Assembly (NCBI GenBank): GCA_963976765.1
Contig: CAXBME010000001.1
Span: forward strand, 372,001 to 436,000
Direction of reading: 5' to 3'
Origin: an uncultured Planctomycetaceae bacterium
GTDB lineage: Bacteria; Planctomycetota; Planctomycetia; Planctomycetales; Planctomycetaceae
Length of the DNA: 64,000 nucleotides
The first letter of the stretch is position 1. Each line of letters opens with the position of its first letter. This document shows positions 50,679 through 62,387 of the stretch, piece after piece. Under the pieces are notes generated by a model. It did no database searches and was not told the origin of the DNA. It saw only the letters and a list, made by a program, of their open reading frames with translations. The translations under genes and the position numbers were made by a program.

Positions 50679-52241
50679 ATGTTCAGATCGGACGCGTCAG
50701 TCAACCTGAGATTTAAAGCAACGTCACCGTCCCCCGGTATCGCGACCGCGATGACGGTTGGGGCGTTATTGGTCTTACTGACCATGCCCTGTCAAACCGC
50801 CGTTGCGGAAACTCTGCTGGCAGGCGTGGCCAAAGTTGACATCACCGATCGCGATGCCGGTCCGGTCAACGATCCTCTGTATGTGAAAGCGCTCGTTCTG
50901 AAGTCCGGCTCGACGACGACGGCCATCGTTACGGTTGATGCGGTTGCCATCGGCGGAATCGGGCATATCAAAGACGACTACCTGGGCAAGGTACGCGGCA
51001 CCGTTGAAAAGGAACTCGGCATCCCGCCGACAAACGTGATTGCGAACGCCAGCCACTGCCACGGCATCGTCTGCAAAGATGTTGACGACCGGACGGTCCA
51101 AGCGATCAGACAGGCGGCTGGCAATCTGGTGCCGGTCAAAGTCGGAGTCGGGATTGGCCACGAAGACCGCATTATGGAAAACCGTCGTCTGAAGATGAAA
51201 GACGGTCGCACGATCGACGTCCGACACGCTTATTCCATCCCGCCTGACGAAGAGATCGCTTCCGTCGGGCCGGTCGATACCGAGATCGGCGTCCTCCGAC
51301 TCGATCGTCTCGACGGCACCACGCTGGCTGTTGTTTACAACTTCGCCTGCCACCCCATTCAGAACGTACCCAGCCGTGGCAACAGTGCAGACATTACCGG
51401 CTTCGCGTCGCAGGTCATTGAAGACAATCTCAGCGAAGGGACCGTTGCGCTGTTCGTGCAGGGCTGCGGCGGCGACATCAACCCGATTCGTTACAAAGAC
51501 GTTGACTATCCGCGAGACGCCGAACCGCTCGGCAATATGCTTGGACTGAGCACGCTGAAGGCCGTCCGTAAAATCGAGACGACAAAAGACGATCGATTGA
51601 TCGTGCTGAGCGAAGTCATCGCGCTCCCGCGAGCCAACACGGCTGAACGCATGGCCGAAATGGAGTCCGAGCAAACCAGGCTGATGCAGTCACTGGGCGG
51701 AACATCGCTCAATTTCAAGACGTTCATCCCACTTTTCGTCAAGTACAACGCGTCGGAAGAATTTCCTGCCAACTACCCGTACCGGTATCTGCACGACCGG
51801 GCGATGGGGCGAAAAGATCTCGACATCCTTGATGCGGAAAACCGAGCGAACATGGAGCGGTACATTCGCAACATCCACACGATGGAAAAACTGACCCGTC
51901 TCAATACAAACCTTAGACTGCTGAAAAAACATCATGCGGAAGGGATCGTGGCCGGCAAGAGGACCATCGACGTCGAGCTGACCGGACTGCGCATCGGCGA
52001 CTTTGTCCTGACGACATTTCCTGGCGAACTGACGGTGCAGATTGGCCTGAACCTGAAAGGGAAGTCGCCTCACAAGCCAACGTTCGTTGCTGGTTACACC
52101 AACGGCTACATCTACTACGCCCCGACGACCGAGCAGTTGCTCAACGTCGGTGGCGCTCAGGAAGACAGCGACTGCGTCCTCGGCCCAGACTGGCAGAAAA
52201 TCTACGAAGACAAAGCTGTCGAAATTCTCAACAAGCTTTGA
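50679..52241 (+). CDS. Neutral/alkaline ceramidase-like amidohydrolase, secreted
   Basis: LLAGVAKVDIT, DPLYVKAL, ASHCH, NFACHP, QGCGGDINP, FPGEL, GYTNGY; alternative start at 50751. Confidence 0.75.
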   Translation: MFRSDASVNLRFKATSPSPGIATAMTVGALLVLLTMPCQTAVAETLLAGVAKVDITDRDAGPVNDPLYVKALVLKSGSTTTAIVTVDAVAIGGIGHIKDDYLGKVRGTVEKELGIPPTNVIANASHCHGIVCKDVDDRTVQAIRQAAGNLVPVKVGVGIGHEDRIMENRRLKMKDGRTIDVRHAYSIPPDEEIASVGPVDTEIGVLRLDRLDGTTLAVVYNFACHPIQNVPSRGNSADITGFASQVIEDNLSEGTVALFVQGCGGDINPIRYKDVDYPRDAEPLGNMLGLSTLKAVRKIETTKDDRLIVLSEVIALPRANTAERMAEMESEQTRLMQSLGGTSLNFKTFIPLFVKYNASEEFPANYPYRYLHDRAMGRKDLDILDAENRANMERYIRNIHTMEKLTRLNTNLRLLKKHHAEGIVAGKRTIDVELTGLRIGDFVLTTFPGELTVQIGLNLKGKSPHKPTFVAGYTNGYIYYAPTTEQLLNVGGAQEDSDCVLGPDWQKIYEDKAVEILNKL

Positions 52242-52327
52242 CTGGCTACGCTTCAAACTGTTTCCACTGCATGACACCCGCAAACGCACGCCACTTTCAA
52301 ACCGGATAACGATCCAGAGAAGGTATC

Positions 52328-53380
52328 ATGGCCGAAACAGACGAACTCAAACCCAACACTTTCTTTATTGAAGTGTCCGGAGCCGGGCTTCCTGAAGTTG
52401 ACGGACTCTTCGTTCCTTCAGTAGCACCGCCGACCGAATCGGAATCGGGAACCGTATCAAGTCTTGGCTATTGGAACGGCAGGATGGCGTGGGACCGTGC
52501 CGACGGAAAATCAGCCAGAAGCCCGGCGCTGTCCTACTCGAACAGCTACAAGTCCTGGAGAATCTGTCGTCTCGATGGTCATCTCGCTTACGATGCGACA
52601 TGCGACGATAAGCTGCCGCCGACTGACAGAGAGTGGCACGTTTATAAAAAGGGAGTCGCCCCTGCACCAAAGGTCGTGCTCCATCACTGCGATCCGAGAC
52701 TGCCGTGTCCCGCTCCCAACGTCGTCTTCGTGATCGGTGGCCCCGGCAGCGGAAAAGGAACGATGTGCGAGCTGGCTGAGTCTCAACTTGGCTGGACTCA
52801 CTTATCGACTGGCGATCTTCTTCGCGCCGAGCGCGAAACCGGCGGTCCGACTGCCGCGACCATCGAAGAATTCATCACGGCTGGCAGGCTGGTCCCCAAT
52901 GAAATCGTGGTGACTCTGCTCAGGAACGCGATGGAGACAGTTACCAGAACGACAGGCAGGACCAACTTTCTGCTGGATGGATTTCCCCGCTCGATGTCGA
53001 ACCTCGACGTGTGGAACGAAGTTTCTGGCGAGGAAGTCGAACTCCCGAAAATGCTCTACTTCGAGTGTCCGTACGAGGTACTTGAAAAACGCATCCTGGG
53101 ACGAGCAAAGTACACCGGCAGAAGTGATGACAATGTCGAGAGCGTGAAACTGAGATTCGACACGTTCAAGGCGGAGACGCTGCCCATCGTGGAATTCTTC
53201 AAGAGCAAAAATAAATGCGTCGACGTCGACACCAGCCAGACGCGACAGGCCGTTTACGATGTCGTCGCCAGGAACCTCTCGGAATACACCGACAAATATC
53301 TTGCGGCCAGGCCGCTTACTGAAAGAGCAGAAATGCTCCTTGGCCTGAGGCCGTACCCCGACCAGAAGAAGAACACATAG
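52328..53380 (+). CDS. UMP-CMP/adenylate kinase-family protein with an extra ~125-aa N-terminal domain
   Basis: VVFVIGGPGSGKGT, HLSTGDLLRAE, FLLDGFPR, short LID GRSDDN. Confidence 0.88.
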   Translation: MAETDELKPNTFFIEVSGAGLPEVDGLFVPSVAPPTESESGTVSSLGYWNGRMAWDRADGKSARSPALSYSNSYKSWRICRLDGHLAYDATCDDKLPPTDREWHVYKKGVAPAPKVVLHHCDPRLPCPAPNVVFVIGGPGSGKGTMCELAESQLGWTHLSTGDLLRAERETGGPTAATIEEFITAGRLVPNEIVVTLLRNAMETVTRTTGRTNFLLDGFPRSMSNLDVWNEVSGEEVELPKMLYFECPYEVLEKRILGRAKYTGRSDDNVESVKLRFDTFKAETLPIVEFFKSKNKCVDVDTSQTRQAVYDVVARNLSEYTDKYLAARPLTERAEMLLGLRPYPDQKKNT

Positions 53381-53437
53381 AGTGATGGCTGTTGCGCGGG
53401 GTGCCGACTTCATCAAATTCACGAGATTCATCAGGCG

Positions 53438-53478
53438 AAAAAAGAGCCTTCCAGCGAGTAATCGCCGGAAGGCTCTTT
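53438..53478. terminator. Intrinsic terminator between convergent kinase and gap (possibly bidirectional)
   Basis: AAAGAGCCTTCC-AGCGAGTAATCGCC-GGAAGGCTCTTT; A-run gives a U-tract on the minus strand. Confidence 0.85.
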
Positions 53479-53527
53479 GAGTTTTCAGTGTTGATTCTCA
53501 TCAGCGGTCAGCCGATGAGGTGATCAA

Positions 53528-54796
<1,269 letters not shown>

Positions 54797-55063
54797 TCAT
54801 CCGCCGAAATTCCACTCGCAAATACGGCGTTGCCGTGTTGTTCTTTTTCCAGTCGCGAGATTTGAGCCGGCTGGTTACAAGCCATTACCGACTCAAGGGT
54901 TGCGAAGTTTATCCGCTGCTGGATGCTTTTCAACTCGCCTCGTCCAGCCGCAGCAGCTTTGCTGGGTTGCCGTGGCTTAAGTGACGACATTGCAATCAGT
55001 TACGCAATGTCTGGGAAAACGTAAAGCATCCGCAAACCGGGCCCGTACGCATCCGCGACTCCG

Positions 55064-56971
55064 CTACCGGGTGCTGGCCAGAGTGGTGCCGGCAGTGTTC
55101 AGGCGGCGAGGCTTCTGGAAGAACCACCATTCGACCAGCAGAAAGCCGAACGCCAGAAACGTTAGTGTCGACCAGAGCGGTTGATCACTCGCCAGTATTT
55201 CATCAGACGAGGCGATCGTCTGCTCGTCGAATTCGATCGAGTCGACCGATGCCAGCGTCGTTTCTGTGGAGCTCAGCAGGTTGGCTGACACGATCAGCGA
55301 TTCTTCGCTTCCGCCGCTGATGCGGTACTGACCGGCGAGATTAGCAGTAGCCCCTCGCAGTTGGCCAGCCTTGTCAGCAACGACTTGCTGTGTCGAACCA
55401 TTTGGTCCGTGAATCGCGTACGCGCCTCCGGGGCTGAGTTCGATCGCTGGTAGTACGCCTGTCTGAACAGCAGTGACGTTGCCGACGGACGCTTCCTGAC
55501 GGGCCAGCTGAACGAGGTTGGCGACAAGGACAGGAAACGCAACTCGGTACTCAAGCGTCGAGCGGCCAGTGTGGAACAACGTGTGAAAGGTGAGTCGAGA
55601 AGCTGATCGACGGCGCAGGATCAGCGGACCATCTGTGCCGGAAGCAAGAACCGAATAGCCAGCGTCTTCGAAACTGCCGACGTCAACGCCGGCGACTGTC
55701 TGAACGGCATCCGCGATCTCGACATCGCGCAACTGCGTGTGACGAAGTAGCGGCGTCGTGCGGTCCCAATCGAGAAACTTTGACAACGCCGCAGTCGGTT
55801 CGACGAGTGACTTCACATCGTCGGGCGTTACTCCAACGAGCAGGCAGACGGCGGCAATCAGTTCTTCGTCATCTTCCCGGTCGCTGACGACCAGGTCGTA
55901 CGGAACAGATCGCTGTTCCGGTTGTCCGGGCTTTGGAAAGAGGTCGACTCCCGGAGTTGATTCCAGCGCCCGCCGAAAGCTGTTGAGATCAGGCGACGCA
56001 TAAACCCGCAGCGGTCGTGCCGGCGGAAGGTCGAGCCGTGCGACGTTGTCAGCGGCCAGCGAGTCGAATTCCGCGACCCCTGAAATGAGGCGAGCTTCCA
56101 GCTTCGTTGAGCCTTGCGAGCTGATTTGAAAGGCGAGCCGTTGAGACTCGCCTTTTCCCAGGACGAACGGCTGCTCGCCGATTGGCTGGCCGTCCTGCTG
56201 AAGAACGACATGACCGGATGAGTCAGCGGACGCTTCCACTCGCAGGAAGATGTCCCAGTCCTGCGACGATGACAGCCGAGCGTTGAACGCAGTAATGCCG
56301 ACATTCGGACCGCCGGTTGGAAGTTGCTGATAGTTGACGCTGAAAGGCAATGCGAAGCGGATTTTCCTGGGAATGTTTCCGTCGGAAATAAAAACAGCTG
56401 ATTCGACGGGGACGGTTTTTGCCTGCGCCTGAGTCAGTCGGAAGGCGTCTTCAAGCCGGCTCGGAACATCTCGGACTTCAAGACTTGCCAGAACGCCGTG
56501 CAGAATTCTGCGGTTGCCGGTGAACTCCGTCAGACGATCTGCCGACGAGTGGACCGCGATCAACGAAATTTGCTGCTCTGAACTCAGGTTGTCGATGATT
56601 GTCGTGACTCGCTCTTTGGCGATGTCGATTCGGGATTTTCCCGTGACCGGATCCGTGGCCGCCATACTCGCCGAGCAGTCGATCAGTACCGGCAGATACG
56701 CCGCCGGCTCGGCAGTGCCTCGAACGAACGGCTGCATCGCGGCCAGAACCAGCAGAATCAGAACGGCGATCTGCAACCACAGCAGAATGTGACGACGAAA
56801 CTTCTGGAATGGCGAATTGACTCGTTGATCGTTGACGACAGACTGCCAGAGTACGATCGAGGGAATTTCGATTCGTGGCCGCTTGAGCTTCAGAAAGTAG
56901 AAAACGAGCAACGGAACAAGCAGAAGCAGCCACCAGGCGTTAGCGATGGCCGAGAACCCTGGCCAGTTCAT
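55064..56971 (-). CDS. BatA N-terminal / vWA-domain membrane protein
   Basis: LLVFYFLKLKR...PS..LW, LQIAVL, MIDAS-like DCSASM and SDG; C-terminal TM ending LVEWW. Confidence 0.85.
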   Translation of the reverse strand: MNWPGFSAIANAWWLLLLVPLLVFYFLKLKRPRIEIPSIVLWQSVVNDQRVNSPFQKFRRHILLWLQIAVLILLVLAAMQPFVRGTAEPAAYLPVLIDCSASMAATDPVTGKSRIDIAKERVTTIIDNLSSEQQISLIAVHSSADRLTEFTGNRRILHGVLASLEVRDVPSRLEDAFRLTQAQAKTVPVESAVFISDGNIPRKIRFALPFSVNYQQLPTGGPNVGITAFNARLSSSQDWDIFLRVEASADSSGHVVLQQDGQPIGEQPFVLGKGESQRLAFQISSQGSTKLEARLISGVAEFDSLAADNVARLDLPPARPLRVYASPDLNSFRRALESTPGVDLFPKPGQPEQRSVPYDLVVSDREDDEELIAAVCLLVGVTPDDVKSLVEPTAALSKFLDWDRTTPLLRHTQLRDVEIADAVQTVAGVDVGSFEDAGYSVLASGTDGPLILRRRSASRLTFHTLFHTGRSTLEYRVAFPVLVANLVQLARQEASVGNVTAVQTGVLPAIELSPGGAYAIHGPNGSTQQVVADKAGQLRGATANLAGQYRISGGSEESLIVSANLLSSTETTLASVDSIEFDEQTIASSDEILASDQPLWSTLTFLAFGFLLVEWWFFQKPRRLNTAGTTLASTR

Positions 56972-57873
56972 CGGATCCATCCTCGCCGCAGAAGTTTCTC
57001 AAAGAGGACAGCCTCGATCGTTTCGGCAGAACTGATAGATTCAAAGCGGCCGTTGCGGCGTCGGCATTGGGATGCCAGGTACGCCTGCTGCGCGACGCGA
57101 TGCTCGTGGTAAAGATCGAGTAAATCACGCGCTGAAGTCACATCGAGCGAGCCACCGGTTTCGCAGTCGACCAGTCGAACGTCACCGGTGAGATCCGGTT
57201 CGACTTCGCTGGGGCCGAGAATCTGCACGGCAAAAATTTCCAGGCCGGCACTGTGAAGCAAATTGAAACTGCGCGAGATGTCGCCAGCAGTCAGAAAGTC
57301 AGACAGGATAATGGCGACGCCTCGACCGCGGTGAATGCGAATTGCCGATGCGATCAGGTCGTCGACCGTTGCGCTGCCATGTATTTCGCAGGCTTTCAGA
57401 AACTCAAAGACCTTGTGGGTGGCTGGTCGGCCCGAGCAGTTTTGCAGGATCGCCGGGTTGCCTGAAGAATCGCCGCCAGCAAACAGACTAACTCGCTCGG
57501 TACCGCGAAGAGCCATCGTGGAGAACGCCGCCGCCAGTTGTCGCGCGCGTTCGAATTTTTCTTCCGACTGCATCGACAGTGACGAGTCGAGCAGGACCGC
57601 GACGTGCAGCTCTTCCTCGTGCGAGTACAACTTAAGATATGGTCTTTGCAGGCGAGCAAAGATGTTCCAGTCGACGTAACGAATGTCGTCGCCGGCGACG
57701 TAATCCCGGTAGTCAGCGAAGTCGATGCTCGCTCCTCCGGTTCCGACTGAATGTTCGCCCCGAGTTCGGTTGGTGAGTCGTCGATTCGGACGAAGCCTCA
57801 TCCGTTCTACTCGAGCGAGGGTTTCGTTCGAGAGGAGCGGTGTAAGTTGCGGCTTTGTGACGACGTCGGGCAT
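56968..57873 (-). CDS. DUF58 domain protein
   Basis: FADYRDYVAGDDIRYVDWN, LDSSLSM, ILSDF, LVDCETG. Confidence 0.9.
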   Translation of the reverse strand: MPDVVTKPQLTPLLSNETLARVERMRLRPNRRLTNRTRGEHSVGTGGASIDFADYRDYVAGDDIRYVDWNIFARLQRPYLKLYSHEEELHVAVLLDSSLSMQSEEKFERARQLAAAFSTMALRGTERVSLFAGGDSSGNPAILQNCSGRPATHKVFEFLKACEIHGSATVDDLIASAIRIHRGRGVAIILSDFLTAGDISRSFNLLHSAGLEIFAVQILGPSEVEPDLTGDVRLVDCETGGSLDVTSARDLLDLYHEHRVAQQAYLASQCRRRNGRFESISSAETIEAVLFEKLLRRGWIR

Positions 57874-57973
57874 GTAATGCAGCCAGCGAGTGTTTCGTGA
57901 AAGGACCGGATTTCCTGGAAGTTCTGGCGTCGGGGGATTTTCTCGCATCGCTACAGATCGGAAAGTGCCTTAT

Positions 57974-59437
57974 TTATTTGAGCACCTGATCGATCCACGA
58001 ACGGATTCGGGGATGACTGAGATACTCATCGTCGTTCGCCTGGCCGTAGGCGAGCAGTCGTTCGGTCATCCAGCGAGACTTCTCTTTGTGCGCAGGCTGT
58101 CCGAAAAGATTCGTCAGCTCGTTGGGATCGTTCTTCAGGTCGATCAGCCACGGCTCTTCGTTCGTCGAGTAGACCAGTTTGAATTGCTCGGTGATGGCTG
58201 AGATCCAGGCGTCTCCAGACCGACCAGGTCGCCCTGTGCTTCGCACAAAAGCGATGTCTTCCCAGTCTTTCACGGAGGCTTCCGTAAACAGTGCGGCAGC
58301 GTTTCGCCCGTCGACTTTGTGCGGCACTGGTGAATCCATCAGGCTCAGGACCGTCGGGAGGAAGTCGACCGTCCCTAACGCCGCGTTGACGACAGTGTTG
58401 CCTTCGATTTTTCCCGGGCAGTGAATCAGGAACGGAATACGAGCCGATCCCTCATAGGGGACGCCTTTGTTGAGACGGCCATGTTCGCCGCAGAGGTCTC
58501 CGTGATCAGACGTGAAGACGATGATCGTTCGGTTGAGCAATTTTCTTTCTCGCAGTGTGTCGAGCATCTGTCCGACGTTGTCGTCGATGCACTTCACCAT
58601 TCCGTAGTAGCTGCGCATCAGGTTCTGAAGTTGAGCCGGTTTTACTCCCGCCGGTTTGCCCCAGGCGGGAATCTGCTCGGGCTTCCTCACCAGTGACACG
58701 GGAATCGGAACGGCGGCGTCCTTGTACATGGTGTCGTAAGGAGCCCGCACGGTGTTTGGCCCGTGGGGGTCGGGCAGGCTCACCATGTAGCAGAAGGGCC
58801 GGTCAGCATTCTCGCTGATAAAGTCCATCGCCCGGTCGCAAAGCCAGTCGGTCGAGAATGTTTTCTCATCAGCTCCGTCGACGCCGTAACCTGGGTTCCC
58901 TTTCTTGTCGACGGCTCCGACCTTCGGCCCGTCGTCGGTCAGGATAAGCTTCTTCCAATGGCCACGGTTGAACATGTAGCGGTTGTCTTCGAATCCGAAT
59001 TTGCGTTCGGGAGCCCACTGCGGTTTTCCGGTTCCGTCAAGATGCCACTTGCCTGCATAGCCCGTCGCGTACCCTCGCCGCCGCAGAATCTCGGCGAAGG
59101 TGACGATCGAATCGTCGAGCGGGACGTCATTGGTCGTGACCGGAGTTTTCTGTGGATACAGCCCCGAAACCAGCGAGGCTCTGGACGGAGAGCACACCGG
59201 CGTCGTCGCATAAAAACTCGTGCAGCGCGCGCCGTTCTTCGCGATCCAGTCAATGTTGGGAGTCTCGACTGCCGTGCCGCCATAACAGCCCAGCGTGTTG
59301 AAGTGGTGCTCGTCCGTCGAAATTATCAGCAGGTTCATCGGAGTATCAGCGGCCAGGACGACGTCGATATGCCGAGTGGCAATGGCCAGAAACAGGGCCA
59401 TCAACGGAAGCCGACGAACGAAATCAGCAGGCATCAT
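57974..59437 (-). CDS. Sulfatase (formylglycine-dependent, Cys type)
   Basis: CSPSR, GYATGYAGKWHL, DPH, SDHGD; signal peptide. Confidence 0.93.
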   Translation of the reverse strand: MMPADFVRRLPLMALFLAIATRHIDVVLAADTPMNLLIISTDEHHFNTLGCYGGTAVETPNIDWIAKNGARCTSFYATTPVCSPSRASLVSGLYPQKTPVTTNDVPLDDSIVTFAEILRRRGYATGYAGKWHLDGTGKPQWAPERKFGFEDNRYMFNRGHWKKLILTDDGPKVGAVDKKGNPGYGVDGADEKTFSTDWLCDRAMDFISENADRPFCYMVSLPDPHGPNTVRAPYDTMYKDAAVPIPVSLVRKPEQIPAWGKPAGVKPAQLQNLMRSYYGMVKCIDDNVGQMLDTLRERKLLNRTIIVFTSDHGDLCGEHGRLNKGVPYEGSARIPFLIHCPGKIEGNTVVNAALGTVDFLPTVLSLMDSPVPHKVDGRNAAALFTEASVKDWEDIAFVRSTGRPGRSGDAWISAITEQFKLVYSTNEEPWLIDLKNDPNELTNLFGQPAHKEKSRWMTERLLAYGQANDDEYLSHPRIRSWIDQVLK

Positions 59438-59800
59438 GTTTCTCCGGTGCTGAAAGCTGCAGCGTGAACGACGGCACGACGCTCACTGTTTTGTTAGCCA
59501 GAATTGTCATCCAGAATGAAGTCAGGAGACGATAACGTCATCAGACCTGTCACGCACCAATTCGAGAGTTTCAGGAGAAACTCAGGAAACGTTGCCACAG
59601 AATGTCGCGACGGGGTAAGGAGCGATCCGCAGAAAACTTGCTGATGGAATTCAGGAGTCTACGTCCTGCACTCGACGGAGGTTTCGTGATTGCAGCCCTG
59701 TCTCGACGATTCGTATCATCTTCGAACTGACGCTCTCCGTTCCTGGCTCTCCCGGGAACATCCATCCCGCCATCTCCTTCCTGTTTGAAGTGAGCCTGCC

Positions 59801-61174
59801 ATGTTCCGAATTAACGCCGGAAAAACGTCGCCCTATTGTGATGGTCACAGCCGCCGAAGCTTTCTGCAGGTCGGCATGGCGGGCCTTGGAAGCCTCAGCG
59901 TGCCAGCCTTGCTTCAGGCGAAGGAGGCAACTGCCGCTGTCGATCGAAAAGACACTTCGGTAATTCTGATCTGGCTGGATGGGGGGCCGAGCCAGCACGA
60001 CACGTACGATCCAAAACCTGAGGCTCCGCCGGAGTATTCCGGTTTCTGGAGTCCCATTCACACCAGTGTGCCGGGCATGGACATCACCGAGATGTTCCCG
60101 TTGCAGGCAAAGCTGGCCGATCGTTTTTCGTTGATTCGATCGATGCATCACAATACGGGCGACCATTTCACGGGCGGCCACTGGATGCTGACTGGTTATG
60201 GCGGAGTCAGCGGCGCGATGAATGCAGGGAAGTCTCCGTTCTTCGGAGCCATCGCGACTTGCATGACCGGTCCGCGACACCCGGGCATGCCGGCAAACGT
60301 TGGAATTCCTTACCCCATGAGCATCGGACTGCGTCCGGGGTATTTCGGCGCGAACTATGTCGGCAAGCAATACGACCCGTTCGATGTTGGCAGCGATCCA
60401 AACTCTGCCGCGTACAAGGTGCAGAACCTGAACCTCGCGAAGGATCTGACAATCAACCGACTGGACGATCGTCGCAGCCTGCTTGAGCAGTTCGACAAGC
60501 TGCGTCGGGAAGCGGATCAGTCGGGCATGATCGACGCGATGGACCGCTTTGAACGACAGGCGTACGACCTGGTGGCGGGATCCCGTGCAAGGGCGGCGTT
60601 CGATATTTCAACAGAAGAACCGCGACTGAGAGACCGTTACGGCCGCAACACCTGGGGACAAAGCACGTTGCTGGCTCGCCGTCTGGTTGAGGCCGGTTCG
60701 ACGTTCGTCACCTGTCACTTCGGCGGTTGGGACAGCCACTGGAATCATCAGGGGACAATGGAACGGCACCTGCCACGCGTCGACATGGCAGTCAGCTCGC
60801 TTTTCGAGGACCTCGAAAACCGGGGCATGCTCGACACGACTCTGGTCATGGTGATGGGTGAGTTTGGTCGCACGCCGCGAATCAACGACGGAGGAAATGG
60901 CGGACCTCCACTCAGTAAAGGCACGCCCGGTCGCGACCACTGGGGCAATGTCATGTCCGTGCTGATCGGTGGTGGCGGAGTCAAAGGCGGACAGGTCGTT
61001 GGCTCAAGCAATCGCCTGGGTGAAGTCCCGCAGGATCGGCCGCTTCGCCCCGGCGATCTGCACCACACTGTCTTCAAGGTGCTCGGAGTCGACCCGAACA
61101 TCTCGTTCAACAACCACGCCGGTCGCCCGATTCCTGCCATCGATCACGGCGCCGTCATCAGTGAGCTGATCTGA
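59801..61174 (+). CDS. DUF1501 domain protein
   Basis: Tat-like SRRSFL, WLDGGPSQHDTYDPKP, LLARRLVEAG, GWDSH, GEFGRTP, GRDHW. Confidence 0.92.
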   Translation: MFRINAGKTSPYCDGHSRRSFLQVGMAGLGSLSVPALLQAKEATAAVDRKDTSVILIWLDGGPSQHDTYDPKPEAPPEYSGFWSPIHTSVPGMDITEMFPLQAKLADRFSLIRSMHHNTGDHFTGGHWMLTGYGGVSGAMNAGKSPFFGAIATCMTGPRHPGMPANVGIPYPMSIGLRPGYFGANYVGKQYDPFDVGSDPNSAAYKVQNLNLAKDLTINRLDDRRSLLEQFDKLRREADQSGMIDAMDRFERQAYDLVAGSRARAAFDISTEEPRLRDRYGRNTWGQSTLLARRLVEAGSTFVTCHFGGWDSHWNHQGTMERHLPRVDMAVSSLFEDLENRGMLDTTLVMVMGEFGRTPRINDGGNGGPPLSKGTPGRDHWGNVMSVLIGGGGVKGGQVVGSSNRLGEVPQDRPLRPGDLHHTVFKVLGVDPNISFNNHAGRPIPAIDHGAVISELI

Positions 61175-61221
61175 CATTCAGATTCTGTGAGAACCTGCCT
61201 GAAGTTGCGGCGCTGATCATC

Positions 61222-62106
61222 ATGAATGCTCAACCAGAGAAAAACGAACCGCCGGAACCTGAATGTGACTTCATGAAAATCGACGAGACCGATTTCTCCA
61301 CGATGAGTCGGCCCGAGCAGATTCGATATTTCGAGGTCGAAGGCTACGTGGTTCTACCGAGTATTCTGACTCCGGAAGTCATTGCGAAACTGAAAGAGGA
61401 ACTGGCCGGCGCGGAGATGTCGCACACGAGTTACAGTACCGCTCAGACACGGGCCAACATTCAGCCGCAGTGGATCAGCCGAACCGCCGCCAAACTGATT
61501 GGCTACCCGCCGATGATCGAATTCCTCAGCGATCTGCTCGGGCCGGACATCGTCTTTACGCGAGGTTTCTTTCAGCGGACGCTGCATGGTTCGCCGGGAA
61601 TTTCGCTGCACACCGACGGGCAGCCGCATGGCTCGAACCTGTTTGGGTACGAAGGCAGTTGCCCTCGGCTGTTGCGGGTTCTCTACTACCTGGACGACCT
61701 GACGCCCGAACGCGCTCCGTTCCGACTGATTCCGCGTTCGCACCTTTCCTTCCACGCTGATGCGAGCCCGTATGCGAGGTACAAATCTCATCCCGAAGAG
61801 ATCACGCTGGTCGTCCCGGCTGGTTCGGCCGTGGTGATTCCGTCGCTGACGTTGCACGGCAGCCATCCCAATCTCGACGAACGCCCGCGCGAACTTCTCC
61901 AAATGGGATATCGTCCTGCGTGGGCGGGTCCCATCCAGCCGGTCGAAGAATGGGAGGCAGAACACGTCGCGAACGCGCCGTCGATCGCCCGGCCATTCCT
62001 GCAAAGCCTCAACACCACCGGCGCCGAGTGGGAACAGGAACACAAACCCGCCGGCATGAAAACCGCAGCCCCCGGCATCAACCCCAGCCGCTGGGGCGAC
62101 TGCTGA
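61222..62106 (+). CDS. Phytanoyl-CoA dioxygenase-family Fe(II)/2OG enzyme
   Basis: EGYVVL, HxD (LHTD), YLDDL...IPRSH, distal His (LHGS). Confidence 0.85.
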   Translation: MNAQPEKNEPPEPECDFMKIDETDFSTMSRPEQIRYFEVEGYVVLPSILTPEVIAKLKEELAGAEMSHTSYSTAQTRANIQPQWISRTAAKLIGYPPMIEFLSDLLGPDIVFTRGFFQRTLHGSPGISLHTDGQPHGSNLFGYEGSCPRLLRVLYYLDDLTPERAPFRLIPRSHLSFHADASPYARYKSHPEEITLVVPAGSAVVIPSLTLHGSHPNLDERPRELLQMGYRPAWAGPIQPVEEWEAEHVANAPSIARPFLQSLNTTGAEWEQEHKPAGMKTAAPGINPSRWGDC

Positions 62107-62206
62107 TGCGCTGGTTGCTGCTGGACGCGGTCAGTTGCCTCGCCGTTTACAGCCTGGTGAATAGCACCCAGCAGCCTGTCGAATAACATCGCCCCCTCAG
62201 TTCAAC

Positions 62207-62284
62207 GTGTGCTGCTGGCCCTGCCTGTGCGGAATGTCCTGCAAACGCCGAACACAAACAGCACTGGCCGAGCCAGTGGCACAC
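62207..62284. repeat. REP-like element (CACTGGC-GCCAGTG family), copy 2
   Basis: Degenerate left arm GTGTGCTGCTGGCCCTGCCTGTGC; right arm GCACTGGCCGAGCCAGTGGCACAC. Confidence 0.7.
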
Positions 62285-62387
62285 TTTTTCAACAGGCCGT
62301 TCAGCCATCATTACAGGACACGACTGGATTGTAAGTTCCTATGGAGCGACTCTCGGCCAGCTTTTATACAGGAGCCTTTCGCTGATC

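Noticed and set aside
43900..53500. Integrated genomic island or prophage
   Set aside because: No integrase, tRNA target, att-like direct repeats or phage genes seen; composition shift could not be quantified by eye
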